64,000 nt of DNA from Azolla caroliniana (GCA_043228905.1 JBHGNT010000007.1:17608001-17672000); one strand, 5' to 3'; positions 39,343 to 52,600 are shown, counted from the first letter of the stretch. Notes: generated by a model from the letters alone, not told the origin. Translations and numbers: made by a program.

Positions 39343-41277
39343 CGTCTCGCTCACTTCTTCCTTCTCTTGAAGAAGTTCCACACCTCTCATAGTACAAATC
39401 CTTCGTTTAGTACTAATTCCTTCTTTGTCTCAGTACTGTTCCTGACAGTTTGAACCAATTTTTCCTACCTTCTGTCTCTCTCATTTCCTACTAATCTTTT
39501 ATTCCTCTTTTCTTTCATCCCATGGCCACTGTTAGCGCTGAAGAATATTAATCTGTTTTCTCGGAATTTCAATGCTTGAAGGAGAAGTTCCATGCTTTGG
39601 AACAAGAAAACCAACGGTTGCTGGGGGGATCTTCAACAAATCTCCTTAGAAAAGCAGCAAATGCAACAATAGCATTGGGAACTTGCGTTACGCGTGCAAC
39701 AACTCGAAGCAACCATCGTAGCGATGCAACAACAAGGGCCCGGAACACAAGGGATTCATAAAGAACCCAAGATTGGCCTTCCCACGAAGTTCGATGGAAC
39801 GCGATCGCAGTTTAGAGGGTTCCTTAACTAGGTACGATTAGTTATTCAAATGCATCCTTCCCGATATCCCACCGATGCATCATGAGTGGGTTTAGTAGGC
39901 ACTTTGTTAAGTGGCTAAGCGTTGTCATGGTTCGCTCCACTATTAGAAAAGGAATCTCCGTTACTCAACAATTTTGAAGAGTTTCTAGGTGAGTTTAAAG
40001 CATGTTTCGGAGATACTGACAACATCAGGACCGCAATCAACAAAATCCGGCGATTACGCCAAGGTGACCGTCCAGCCTCCGCATACGCTGCAGATTTTCG
40101 CCTACTCGCCGCCGATATCCCTTGGGATGATCAAGCGTTGATGGAGCAATTCCGTTATGGTTTACGCAACGACGTCAAGGATTTACTCTTGACCTTCCCC
40201 GAAGAGCCAAAGTCCTTAACATAAGCAATCAGATGCGCGGTGAGATGTGACAACCGCCTCTTTGAGCGACGTTCGGAACGACAACTACAGATGCCGAGGG
40301 CAAGATCAAAGCCCACCTACGCCTCAGTGGTAGCAAGACCTTTTCCGAGGGAGTCATATAATGCGCCTCCAGCGAATACTCCGATTCCGATGGAGATTGA
40401 CACTACACGTCGTCGAGGGCCATTATCCGAAGAAGAAAAGCAGCGACGCCGTACAAATCGACTATGTCTTTACTGCGGTGGAACAGGACATATCGCAATA
40501 AATTGCCCCCATAGGCCAAGAAGACAGGTAAACCAAATAGTCGCTAGTTCTAATTGTACTAAACCCGAGCCTATTTCAGTAGGGATATCTGATAGTCCTA
40601 ACAGTACTAATATCCCAGATCTAGCAAACAAATTTGATGTCCTTAGTTAGTTAGAAGAAGAGTTAAATGACTAAGTCCAGCCAAAATAGGAGCCGTTTGG
40701 TTGGACAGCCCTAGATCTGTGCAACCCATTAGTGGTTCCATTCCCTCTAAGCAAGTTAGTGATGTGTTCATAGCCCAAGTAATAGTTAGTACTAAAAGTA
40801 CCCCTCGAGTACATGTCCTAGCACTCCTAGATTCCGGAGCTAACTCTTGCTTTATGGATAAGAAATTTGCTCAAGCTCATAAGATATCCCTAAGAAAACT
40901 CCAGTGTCCAGCCTCTGTAGTAGTCATTGATGGACGTCCCATTGCTTCCGGAAATATCATAGAAGAGTCAGAGCCCATTAATATTGTCCTAGATAACTTA
41001 GCATGTGTAGTATCATTTAATATTATTAGTATCCCAGAACATCCTATAGTTTTAGGATTACCATGGTTCGAGTTACATAACCCAGACATAGATTGGAGAA
41101 CAAGAGAAATCCAGTGTTGACAAACCCAAGGGTCAACTCAGAAGATGGCAACCATTTCGCTACGTCAGTTGCGTAAAGAAGGGCGCAAAGAGGAAATGTT
41201 CCTCTTTGCAATATCAGTAAACCCCTCCAGCACCACTAAAGAAGAATCCACTGTTCAACTTCCCGAGAAGTATCTTG
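39006..41277 (+). mobile_element. Truncated Tcn1-like gypsy copy (5' LTR 39006-39447, gag, protease), same family as 56482-61916
   Basis: Near-identical LTR and gag/PR text to the element at 56482-61916 (CLYCGGTGH, LLDSGA); breaks off at ~41277 before RT. Confidence 0.9.
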
Positions 41278-41299
41278 ACATTATCCCCCCTCCAACTTG

Positions 41300-41532
41300 G
41301 AACTCGAACACGAACGGGCGTGAGCGACCATGCGGCCCTCACCGGGAACTCAAACACAAACACCAACGGGAGTGAGCAGTCTTGTGCGGACCTCACCGAG
41401 AACTGGAACACGAACACCAACGGGAGTGAGCGGCCTTGTGCGGCCCTCATCGGGAACTGGAACACGAACACCAACGGGAGTGAGCGGCCTTGTGCGGCCC
41501 TCACTGGGAACTAGAACATGAACACGAACGGG
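41300..41532. repeat. 54-bp tandem repeat (~4 copies) in the TRIM internal region
   Basis: caccaacgggagtgagc at 41361, 41415 and 41469 (period 54). Confidence 0.9.
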
Positions 41533-41810
41533 AAAGAAACTAAAAAATAGAGACAATGATGAGGAGAAACTAAAAAATAGAGACAATGATGCGATGTTGA
41601 TGATGGTACAATGACGATGGTAACTCTAGAAGCCAGGACGATGACGGAGACGGGTGATGCTTCTAGTTGGAAGGTGAACAAACTGTCACGGACACACCAA
41701 GCACGGACTAAGACAAAGCACGGATGATGAGGCATGCATACCTTTGCACGCATGTGATACAATAGAGCATGTAGGCAGTAGGTACGCATGCATGTGCCAA
41801 GTGTTAATAA

Positions 41811-42103
41811 TGTCATGATATGGCAAGACTCGAACCCATGACCTTATGCTACATGGGTCGAGCTCTTGACCATTAGACTATACATTGTAATACGTAGAAT
41901 ATTATTTTCATTTATGTTTTATTATAGAAAATTGATGTATATTCCAGATTTCTCTGGAACATTCTAGAAACTTCAGGAGTATTCCTTAGAACACTATAAA
42001 AGGAGGCACGAGGCATTATTTCGAACCAAATCGGTTCAACACCAGTCTTAAGCCTCCTAGCTACTACTGTACATTCTCTTCACATAATATATATCTTTTC
42101 TTA

Positions 42104-42152
<49 letters not shown>

Positions 42153-42255
42153 CCTCTCACTCACTATTTCCTTCTCTCGAGAGTTCTTCACCTCTCTTAG
42201 TACTAATACTTCTTTTAGTACTAATTCCTTCTCTATCTTAGTACTGTTCCTGACA
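41811..42255 (+). mobile_element. Solo LTR of the Tcn1-like family
   Basis: TGTCA...TGACA; TSD AATAA on both sides; similar to but diverged from the LTR at 39006. Confidence 0.92.
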
Positions 42256-42779
42256 AATAATACAAGGGAGAAATTATGCACATGATGCTAGCTAAAACCT
42301 ACAATGAGGAAGTATATACATGATTATATGCTAGATGTGTGGTTAACACAAAACACTCGATTATAACATGGTCATGTCAAGAGTTAGAATCTTGACAGAT
42401 AATGCTAGTGGAACCATTATCAACACACTACGCAATCTAAGCAGCAATGGAAGAGAAACATAACAATTTTAACAATAGAAGACAAAGATCCATAATAACA
42501 ACATGGACAGTCATGGCAACAATTCTACGACCATGTTATGTTAAGGTAAACTTTGACCAAAATTAGCCTCAATTTAAACTAATTCATGTTTCTCCATAAA
42601 TTTAGTAGTCAACAATGCACACGGTGAAACCAATGTCATAAGTCTACTAACCAAGTATATAAAAATAAAATTGAAACATATAGAAGATTATAAAGAATAG
42701 AATCCACCAAGTAAAACCCAAAATTTGTATTAATAATGTGAAATCCAAACATTACATTTCGCGTTTTTAAATGAGTCTA

Positions 42780-44817
42780 TTACATAGCAATCAAATCGTC
42801 AAAGTCATTTTCTTCATCATCTTGTATAGAAGTCTCTTCGGCTATACGTGCATTGGCTTCCCCTGTTAGCCGAGCCAACGAAATCTCTTCTATAAGCTCA
42901 TCATCAAGCTCTATTAGCTCCCCCGGTTCCCCGACTACTGGAGGAATAGGCTCTCGCAAAGCACGTTGAAACTTTTCAATATAAGCGAGGTTCTTTGCAC
43001 CGACCTCCTCGTCCTGGTTTGGGCATTCCCACAAAGCCTTAATCCTCATGTTTATAAATATAACCTGCTCCTCGTCCTTCTCCAATGCAACTGTGTTTAT
43101 AAAGAGTTTCAATGCACATGCCGACGTCGTTCTTGTGAAGAAAGTAACAAGAAGAATTAGTTCCCAAACAAAAAAGATTCAGTATTGGTTATCTCAAGAT
43201 CGTTACCGTAGTTCGAGGAATACCTGTGCCAGAAAAGAGGTCTAATATCCAGTCTCCTTTGACAGAAAACATCTCGATCAAGCGCATCATAAGTCGTTGA
43301 GGTTTTTGGTATGGGTTGACAAGTCCCCATTCTGTCGTGGTGACATGTCGCAATTTCTGTGTCACTGCTGGATATACCAGCAGATTTGAACCTCCCACTT
43401 TATTAGAATGCTCCTTGATTCTTTGTTTCTTAATTTCATCGAAGTAGCCAACCGTGATGTATTCAATGGCATTAATGAACCGAAAGGTTGGTCCTCTATT
43501 TACATTGGTTTTTATCCTATAACAAATATTACATCGAGTTAAGAATAGATTGAACAATCTTAAGAAAGGCAATATAGCGAATGAGACCTATAAATAATCC
43601 TTACCAGGCAAGGTTCTCGATGCCATGGCAACAAGATCTCAAAGCTTGAGCTACCGAGTACCCTTGGTCCATACTATGAAAGACAACTATTCTCCACAAG
43701 GATGCAGTCGTTAGCTCAGCAAAATCCTTGACCATCTTCTCCAACTGTTTTAACCTAAACGGTTCATCGTCGTATGATGACCCTGCCATTTGAAATCCGT
43801 AAGGAATATCTGCAATCATTAGCGTATATTCCTTCTTTGGCACTTTTTGGATCATGTCAATGACATCACTGCAAACCACATTGTAGTAAAGATCTCTCGT
43901 AATATCTTTTTTGTGGCTAATTTTTTTGAAGGAGCCATCTTCCTCCATTTTGTATGCCTTGACTAAGCGACGATCCTTTTCTTTTCTGGCTCTCTTGAGA
44001 TGTGCAAGGAAGGATGTCGGGAAATTGTGTATATCCTTAACTTCTCCTTGTTTCTTGCCACGACACGGTTTCTAATAGAAGCAATAGGACATCAAGTATT
44101 ATTATACAAGCTCTACCTATGATGAAAGCTTAATGAAAAACCACCAATACTAACCCAATCCTTGATTGCAATAAAATACTCCGATAACGCCTTATATGAA
44201 GACGTTAGAGGATAATCCTCGATCACTTGTTCCCAAGTTATACATTCAAGTTGTTTCATCATAACTTCTTGGATCTTCATGTACACCTTATGATTGTGAA
44301 ATTAGAAAACGAGATTAGAACTTTCAATTGCACCATATTGACTTCAATATCACTATTTGAAAAGACTTACGTATTGAACTCAGTGACAATTTCTTCAAGG
44401 CTTAAATATTTGGCCACAACCCTTGACAAAACAGACACAAGAAGCTGCTCGTCCTTAATACCTTGCATCACTCTCCATAGAGACAACTTCATGTCATCAA
44501 CCGCTTCTTCAATTGTCAAATCAATTTTCTTGGCCGCTTGTGACTTTAATTCTAGTTGAGGGTCTACCTTACATTTCTTTTGTCGTTGACCCTTGACCTC
44601 CTTATTCTCCCACATTGAGAAGATTTGATCTTGTAGGTCCCATACTTCTCCATCTCTAAAGGCCAGTTGAAACCAAGACTCATATTTTTGAAGACCATCG
44701 GACTTAACATTATCATCTACCACAATGCGGACTTCATGCAAGCATTGGCGTCGTAGACAAGGATGTAGCTTGACACCAAACTTTTGTTTGACGTCCAAAT
44801 ACTCGTTGTAGAAGAAC
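42780..44817 (-). pseudogene. 3' part of ParB-methyltransferase gene: beta-class N6-adenine/N4-cytosine DNA methyltransferase domain (N6_N4_Mtase-like), 4 introns
   Basis: Exons 44817-44371, ~44293-44155, 44071-43605, 43516-43224, 43132-42780. Motifs occur in beta order: MIADIPYG (motif IV), AWIKTN, AIEYI, NPYQKPQRLMMRLIEMFS.KGDWILDLFSGTGTT (motif I), VALEKD. Two acceptors read cacAA instead of cacAG. Confidence 0.85.
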
Positions 44818-45294
44818 TGTTGAGAGACAAGCTCAACATCGGCCGGTTCGGCTGAAGAAGCCGAGGACCGGATCGGTTGGGACCGATCGGTTAGGCCGAG
44901 TGCGTAAACCGGGAGGCCATTAGGGAAGATATTCTGTGAGGAATATGTTTGGGAGTTAATGTAGGAGCTCTTAATGAGCATTGAAGTACCGTCAGTACTT
45001 CGGTCAGTCCTTCGAGGACTTGTATAAAAGTGTTCATGGAACACACATGTGTGTAGAGTGGTGAATACAGACTGAGTATTATTGTTGAATATAGTTTTTG
45101 TCTTCTCTCTCACTCTCTCTGTCTCTCTCGTGTATACCGTGTAAGCTCAAGCTCTCCATTGAACCTGTGTTTCCTTCCTTCTGTTCGGTCTTCATACCTG
45201 CTTCCGCACGTTACTTTTTACATGGTATCAGAGCGCGAGGGTTGAGAATCTCTCTGCAGCCAACACAGCTTGACGAAGAAGAACAAGAAGAACG

Positions 45295-48200
45295 ATGGAT
45301 AGAGGCATGGCGAGCTCGCTTCCAACAGAGAAGCTCGACAGAACCAACTACGCGTCTTGGTCCTACAAGATGCACCAGTACCTGCTCGGGCACGGCTACT
45401 GGAGTTATGTCGAAGGAGCTAATGACGCGGCACTCGAATCAACACAGAGACTTCCCGTCGTGGGAGCAATCGGCGAGCAGGGTATTGTACTACTTCGCGT
45501 CGTGTGTGGGCGAACAACTATTGAGCTATGTTCGGGATGCAAAGACGCCGAAGGGTGCGTGGGAAAATCTGAAGAAGATTTTCGCCGCGAGCACCACAGC
45601 TAGGAAGCTTCAGCTCCGACAGGAGTTGAGTAACCTACGACAACGCGACTTGTCGGTGGCGGACTATACCTCGAAGATCAAGGATATCTGCGACTCCCTC
45701 GCCTCCATAGAGGTGAACATCAAGGAGAGCGAGATGGTCCAGATCTGTCTAGGAGGTTTGGCGTCGAAGTTCGGAGCGTTCCGAACAGTTGTGTGTACCT
45801 GGGAGAATACGTCGTCCTTTTTCGACTTACAGTCGATGCTCCTGGTAGAGGAGAACCACGCGGGTGCGTCGACGAGCATGCACACCGACAACAAGATGTT
45901 GTACACGGAGGGAGAAAGGCCCCGTGGTCGTGGCGGACGAGGCGAGTCGGTACGCAATGGAAGCGGCCGACGAGATCAAGGACGATGGCACCGAAGTGAT
46001 GCCGACAGCAACTCCGGACCCTCCGGAAACAGGGGGAGTCGAAGCAATGAGAATCGGCAAGGGAAGGCCATCTCCGAGTGCTGGTACTGTGGCAAGAAAG
46101 GCCACAGGGAAAGTGAGTGCTGGAAGAAGCGCGCCGATTCGGAGAGAACCGGTTCCGGAAACGGCTCCGGACATACCGACAAGGGAAATCGGCAGCGATC
46201 GCACTACGCCAAAGACTCCGGGACAATCGAAGAAGGGTCTGTCTTCGTGACGAGACACGAAGCAAACTCGATGAAACAGAGCACCCCGAGATCAGACGAG
46301 GTGTGGTACATAGACTCCGGCGCATCAAACCACATGACGAGCCATAAGGAGTGGTTCTCGTACCTTGAAAAACCGATACAACCTAGAGTAGTCGCAACTG
46401 GAGACGACACTCCGCATCCGATCGCGAATGTCGGAGAAGTTCCCCTTAGCCATGTCGGGCAGAAAGGGGAACTCATGAACGTGCTGCACGTTCCGACAAT
46501 CACGAAAACTTGGTCTCGGTCGGACAGATCGTCGACCAAGGGATGGAGGTTCGGTTTACACACCTCGGGTGCTTCATTGAGGAAGAAGGCCGTGTGATTG
46601 CGCAAGGGCGCAGAGACGGGAGGATGTTCATCCTCAATTCCACTGACGGCGGCACCGCAATGTTCGTGAAGGGACAAAAAGCCGAGTCGGACATCGACTT
46701 GTGGCACAAGCGGATAGGCCACGTCAACTACCAGCGGCTTCAAGATCTGCAATCGAATCAGGTAGTGTTTGGATTGCCCAAATTTAGTGGCCAAAAGGCA
46801 CAAATTTGTGAAGCCTGCCAGCTCGGGAAGCAACATCGGCTTCCCTTCCCCAACGAGCGAAACCGGAGCCGGAACAAGCTCGACCTTATACACTCCGATT
46901 TATGGGGGCCGGCACAAAACGTTAGTCTTGGCGGGAGCCGATATTTCGTCTCCTTCATCGACGACCACACGCGGCACATGTGGATCTACCTCATTGAGAG
47001 AAAGAGCGAAGTCTTCGACTGTTTCCGTGACCTCAAAGGGTTCGTGGAAACGGAAACAGGATGAAAGATCAAGTGCCTGCGGTCGGATGGCGGAAAAGAG
47101 TACTTTTCTGGTCAATTCAACGGTTATCTACAACAAATGGGAATTCGCCGCGAATTCAGTTGTAGATACACGCCGGAGAAGAACGGCGTGGCCGAGCGGA
47201 AGAATCGGTCAGTTGTGGAAGCGGCACGGGCAATGCTAGAGGAAAAGAGCTTGTCCAAGTTCTACTGGGCCGAGGCGGTAAGGACTGCGGTATACATCCA
47301 TAACTGGATCGGAGACAAAGTGTCAGCACACGAGATATATTTCGGAACGAAGCCGAACTTACGACACTTGAGGGTGTTCGGTAGCATTGCGTATGTGCAT
47401 GTACCGAAGGACGACCAGAAGGGTTATAAGTGCTATAACCCTCGCACCAAACAAGCGCGTGTCAGCCGTGACGTTGTGTTTGACGAGTCCGCGTTTTGGT
47501 ACCTGCCCCCGACTCCGAACCCTACCCCCAATCCGAGCTCTGACGATGAGGTCAGCGAGGCCGAGATGCCTCCGAATGAGCCCGAAATCGAGACCCGCGA
47601 AGAGAGTCCGATTGCACTCTGGTTAAGTGGACCGATTGGACGACTGAGTCGGTATGACCAGTCCGATGAAGAGCCGGCGAGTAGTGGAGAGTCGGCCGTG
47701 CATTCCCCGCGCAGGAAGCCGAGGAGACGGCTTACGCGCAAAGAGAAAGGGAAGAAGAAGGTGTCGGATTCCGGCACGGATAGGAACGAGTCAGACCGAC
47801 GCGAGTCCGACTCCGAGGGAACCGGTGACGGGTCTTTGAAGGTGAAGTCTGCGTCGACCGAGAAGGCCTCGACATCGGCTAATGTGAGATTACGCCGATC
47901 TACCCGCCAGAAGAATCCTGTTTTGCGGTTTGGATACAACGAGTACATGGCGCATCATTATGCGTACATGACCCGTGTAGCGGAAGTGCGTGAGCCGGAG
48001 AGCTATGCAGAAGCGGCTAAAGACGCGAATTGGCGTGCCACGATGGAGGAAGAGATGCACGCATTGGCGGAGAACGAGACCTGGGACCTGGTTGACGCAC
48101 ATAAGGGTGTGAAGCCGATCGGGTGTAGATGGGTGTACAAAGTCAAGTACAACACCGATGGCTCGGTCAACCGGTACAAGGCTCGGCTAGTGGCAAAGGG

Positions 48201-49566
48201 GTACGCGCAGAAACACGACATTGACTACGATGAGACGTTTGCACCGGTCGCGAAAATGACGACCGTCCGTGTTTTGCTCGCAGTAGCCGCGGCCAAGGGG
48301 TGGCACTTACATCAGATGGATGTAAAGAATGCGTTCCTGCAAGGTAACCTTGAGGAATAGGTGTACATGGTACAACCCCCCGGATTTCACTCCGGAACGA
48401 ACTCCTCGGCAGTATGCCGACTGAAGAAGTCCCTTTACGGACTGAAGCAAGCCCCGCGTGCCTGGAACGCGAAGATCACGCAACAACTGCGTCGGATGGG
48501 CTTCGTCACGTCAAAATCGGACTCTTCCCTGTTCATCCAGAAAGGTCGACTCGGACCGGTTAGTATTTTACTATATGTTGATGACTTGGTCATCACCGGC
48601 GCCGACCTAGGTGAAATCAACCGCATGAAGCTCCAGCTTGCGGCATCGTTCGACATGAAGGATCTGGGGGACCTTCATTACTTTCTCGGGATCGAAGTGA
48701 TCCGTACCCTCGAAGACATATTGATCAGCCAACGTCATTACGTGCTGGGTATGCTCTTCAATCTCGGGATGGTCGATTGTAAGTCCGCCTCGACTCCTCT
48801 GGACAGAACCGTCAAGCTTCGTCCCTATACGGGAAAGGTATGCGACCCGACGAGGTTCCGACAAATTGTCGGAAGCCTCATATACTTGACCATCACCCGA
48901 CCCGACCTCAGTTATCCGGTCGGGGTGATCAGTCAGTTCATGGCGCGACCTACCGAGGAGCACCTTCAGTGTGCGCAACGCGTACTGCGGTACGTAAGTG
49001 GCACTAAGGACCGAGGACTGCTATATCGGACCGGTGCAACCGCGCAGTTAGTGTGGTACACCGATGCTGATTGGGCTGGCAACGCCGCCGATCGCCGATC
49101 CACGTCCGGGTACGTGTTCTCCCTCGGGAGTGCTGCAATCGCGTGGAGCAATAAGAAGCAGCCGACAGTTGCACTGTCGAGCACCGAAGCTGAGTACCGA
49201 GGAGCGGCTGTCGCGACATGCGAAGCCATATGGTATAAGCAGCTACTTAAGGACCTGCAAGTGGAGGTGTCAGATCCGACGACGATTTACTGCGACAACC
49301 TCAGCAACATCCAGCTCACGAAGAACCCTGTTTTCCATGCACGGACCAAGCACATTGAGGTGCACTACCATTTCGTCCGTGAGCGTGTCCTTTCCGGTGA
49401 AGTCGAACTTCAGTACGTTTCGACGGATCGGCAGACTGCCGACATCTTCACCAAGCCTCTTGGTCTGGACAAGTTGTGGCAATTCTCAGGTGCGCTCGGG
49501 TTGCGTCACCTCGATGTGCCGACCTTGAGGCGGAGAACAGTCTCGAACGACCAAGCAAGGCAGTAG
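45295..49566 (+). pseudogene. copia gag-pol (gag, PR, IN, RT, RNase H) with frameshifts and stops
   Basis: CWYCGKKGH, IDSGASNHMT, LWHKRIGH, HSDLWGP, KARLVAKG, QMDVKNAFL, LYVDDL, SSTEAEY, RTKHIE; stops at ~47062 and ~48358. Confidence 0.93.
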
Positions 49567-49696
49567 GAAAGGAGCGGAGACCGCGACACCACCGAGTCGG
49601 TTGACTCGGTTGTAGACCGCGACACCACCGAGTCGGTTGACTCGGTTGTCGAGTTCGTCTTCGGATCGATGGAAGAAGCCGAGGGCGGACCCACGG

Positions 49697-52600
49697 TGTC
49701 GAGGTTTTCCTCGCGGATGCGTGGAATGAGGTGGGACCTCAGGGGTCCTGTACCGAAGAGCAAGAGAGAAAGGACAAGAGACCCACTACGTGTGAGCGTA
49801 GATTCACAGGGACACGGCCCTTCGACACAAAGACGCGAGTGGGACAGCGACACAGAGAGACACGAATGTATGTATGTATTAACAAAGACAACAACAAGAT
49901 CACGGAAGCAACAAAAACACGAAGTCGGTTACAACCGAACAGGTCGGCGAACAGATGCCGATGCCTGTTCGTAAACGCACAGAAAGACAAGAGCAGGTTG
50001 GAGGTGCTGCCGGAAGCACTCGGGCATTCCTCAGAGCAGCGCGAGCCTCCCGAAACCTGCACAGAAGGAAGCTATGGAGTTTGCGAACCAGAGAGAGAGA
50101 GAGAAGCCTTCGCACGCAAACCGACAACACTTCGTCCTCGACTCTCCGCGATCCCCCTCTTCGTTCTCGTCTCCCTCCTTTTTATAGGCAAGGAAGGAGC
50201 CGTTTCCCCTTTACTTCCTACCCACTAAATCTACCCGCCTAGGATCTTCTATGGACAACATTTGAGAAGAGCCGGTTCCTACGCTCCTGTGCACCGATTC
50301 CGCTTGTGGACGGTTTTCTTCACGACATCCGCCCCCACCTAACTGCGCATCCACCGGCATGCGCCAAATTGAGTTGGGACGGAGAAAACCTGTCCAGCCT
50401 TCATTCCCCGCCCGTCGGTTCTTCCTCGGTTTCGGATCGTTCATCGTCGCGGTCCAGGTCAACCGGATCCGGCTTGTCGTTGTGACGCTTCTTGAACGCT
50501 TTCATCCGCTTCCCCGCTACCGGTATCGCCATTCTCGTACCGTCGAGTTCCGCCAGATGGTACGTCCCGTTGTCGTTGGCGCTTTGTACCACGTAAGGCC
50601 CGAACCACCTTCTTGCGAACTTCCGTGTCGCTCGGTGCTGGTTGTCAAGGCTGCTGTCGTAGACTAGCACCCAGTCGCCTTCCTCGACCTTTTTCGGTTG
50701 GAGCCGGTGCGTTCGGTCGAAACCGGGCTTTGTTCCTCATCCTTGCTTCCCGAAGCTTTTCGCAGCCTGCTCCACGTCCTCCGGTCTTCGCTCGAGCTGT
50801 CGTATACGCGCCGCCAGCAGTTCCTCCCGGGTCATCTCGCCTCTCCAGTCCACGGTTGCCCACGAGGAGATCGTGTGTTCCATCGGCATGACCGGCTTCT
50901 GCCCAAACATGAGTTCTGCCGGCATGAATCCGGTTGCCGAACTGTGCGTAGTTCGGTCCGCCCACAACGCGTAAGGCAGCAGCCGCGGCCAGTTCCCGAC
51001 TTGACCTCCGCATGCCCGAACTAACGCCTTCACGATCGGTCCGTGCCCGCGCTCCACCTTTCCATTCGCCTCCGGATTGTACGCAGTGGTAAGCGAGAGC
51101 TTGACTCCTAGCCGGTCGAACAGCTCCTCGGCCTCTTCGGCTTCCAACTCCCCGCAGTCAGCCACGATCTTCCCGACGCACCCGTACCGGCATATCACGT
51201 CCTCAATAAGGAACTGACATACGGCCGCGGTCGTTTTGTTCTGAAGGGCCCGGCCTTCTACCTGGTTCGTCAGATCTTTCCGAGCCAGGACCAGATACCG
51301 CATCTGTCCTACTCCCATCGGCATCGTCACCAGATCTACCATCCATTTGAAGTGGATGGTCGGAGGGTACGTAGGGTGAAGCTCGTCCCGATGTCGGACT
51401 ATGGAGTGCATCTGACAGCTCTCGCAAGTTGTCACGAACCGATGCACGTCCCGGTACAGCCCCGGCCACCAGTACTTCCCCTTTATCTTCTCGAACGTGG
51501 CCCACGTTCCACGGTGTCCAGCCCAAGGGCTGTCGTGGTAGGCCGTCAGCAGCTCCTCATGTTCTTCCTTCATCGCTACCACCCGGAGCGGGACGCCATT
51601 CCTCTTCTTCGGGTGCTTCCATAAGTATCCGTCCCGGAGAAAGAATCGGTATGCTTTCTTCCGGATCCGGTTTGCCTTGTCCCTCGTCCATGACGCATCC
51701 GGCGTCATCGTCCTCAAAAACCCACCGATCTGGAGCCACTCGCCGTCGTACTTGCTCTCGTCGAAGTCGTTAAGTGCCGGAGTGCCTATCCCATCGGCCG
51801 TTACGTATGCTGCCTCGAAGAAGTTCACGCCGACTTCTTCGTCCTCCGAAACCATGCCGCCCTCGTCATCAAACCTTGCCCTCGAAAGCATGTCGGCCAT
51901 GGCGTTGTCCTTTCCGGAAATGTGCCGTATTTCCGGGTCCAGGGACTTGATGTACGCTATCCACCGGAGCATCGCCAGGTCCGGTGTCGCGCATCCGGAA
52001 ACCATGCCGAGAATTGGCAGGCAATCCGTCTCGATAACCACTTATGTCCCGATCAGGTAATCTTTGTCGGCCTTTACTGCCGAAACGATACGCCAGAGTT
52101 CGCGCTTAACCTGGGCGTACCCTCGCTGTCGTTCACTGAGGACCTTCGCGCCGAATCGGATCGGGAACCGAATGCCGTTCTTGTCCTCTTGGTTGACAAC
52201 CCATCCGATCCCGGTCAGACTCGTATCCACTGTTATGTATACCGGGGTACCCTTCCCGTAGACAGCCTTCTGGAGCGCCGGTGCTGCTGCAAGAGCTTCC
52301 TTCAGCTTCCGGACCGACTCCGTGTGCTCGTCTCGCCACTCGAATTTTCGCCCTTTCTTCAGCAACCCGTATAGCGGCTCCGCAACGTGAGCGTAATGCG
52401 GGATCCATATGTGGTAGAATGCGCATGCCCCCAGGAACCTCCAAACTTCCGTAACTGAGCTACAGTCGGTCTTCATCACGGAGATGGCTTCTACCTTTGC
52501 CGGAGATAGCTTCCGGCCATATGGTCCACATAGGTGTCCGACCACCAGGATTTCCGATTGCCCGAAGGCCGATTTCTCCCCGGAGAAGGTGAGCCTCGCA

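Larger units (their letters stand above)
41272..42397 (-). mobile_element. TRIM-like non-autonomous LTR element (one ~264-bp LTR, ~400-bp internal region, PPT, 9-bp stub of the other LTR)
   Basis: LTR TGTCA(41684)...ATCTTGACA(42397), split by a solo LTR. The same ATCTTGACA occurs at 41272-41280, next to a minus-strand PPT GGAGGGGGGATAA. No coding capacity. Confidence 0.7.

Noticed and set aside
39006-42255. One intact two-LTR element
   Set aside because: The LTR at 41811-42255 has its own TSD (AATAA), so it is a solo LTR; the left flank ACCAC does not match.
42780-44071. Bacterial contamination explaining the methyltransferase
   Set aside because: The gene has spliceosomal-type introns and is interrupted by a plant LTR element with an exact TSD.
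44367-45113. 248-aa ORF as a standalone gene (also the 155-aa ORF at 54604-55071)
   Set aside because: It is a chimera of antisense LTR sequence and the interrupted MTase-gene exon; the N-terminal part repeats in the other LTR.
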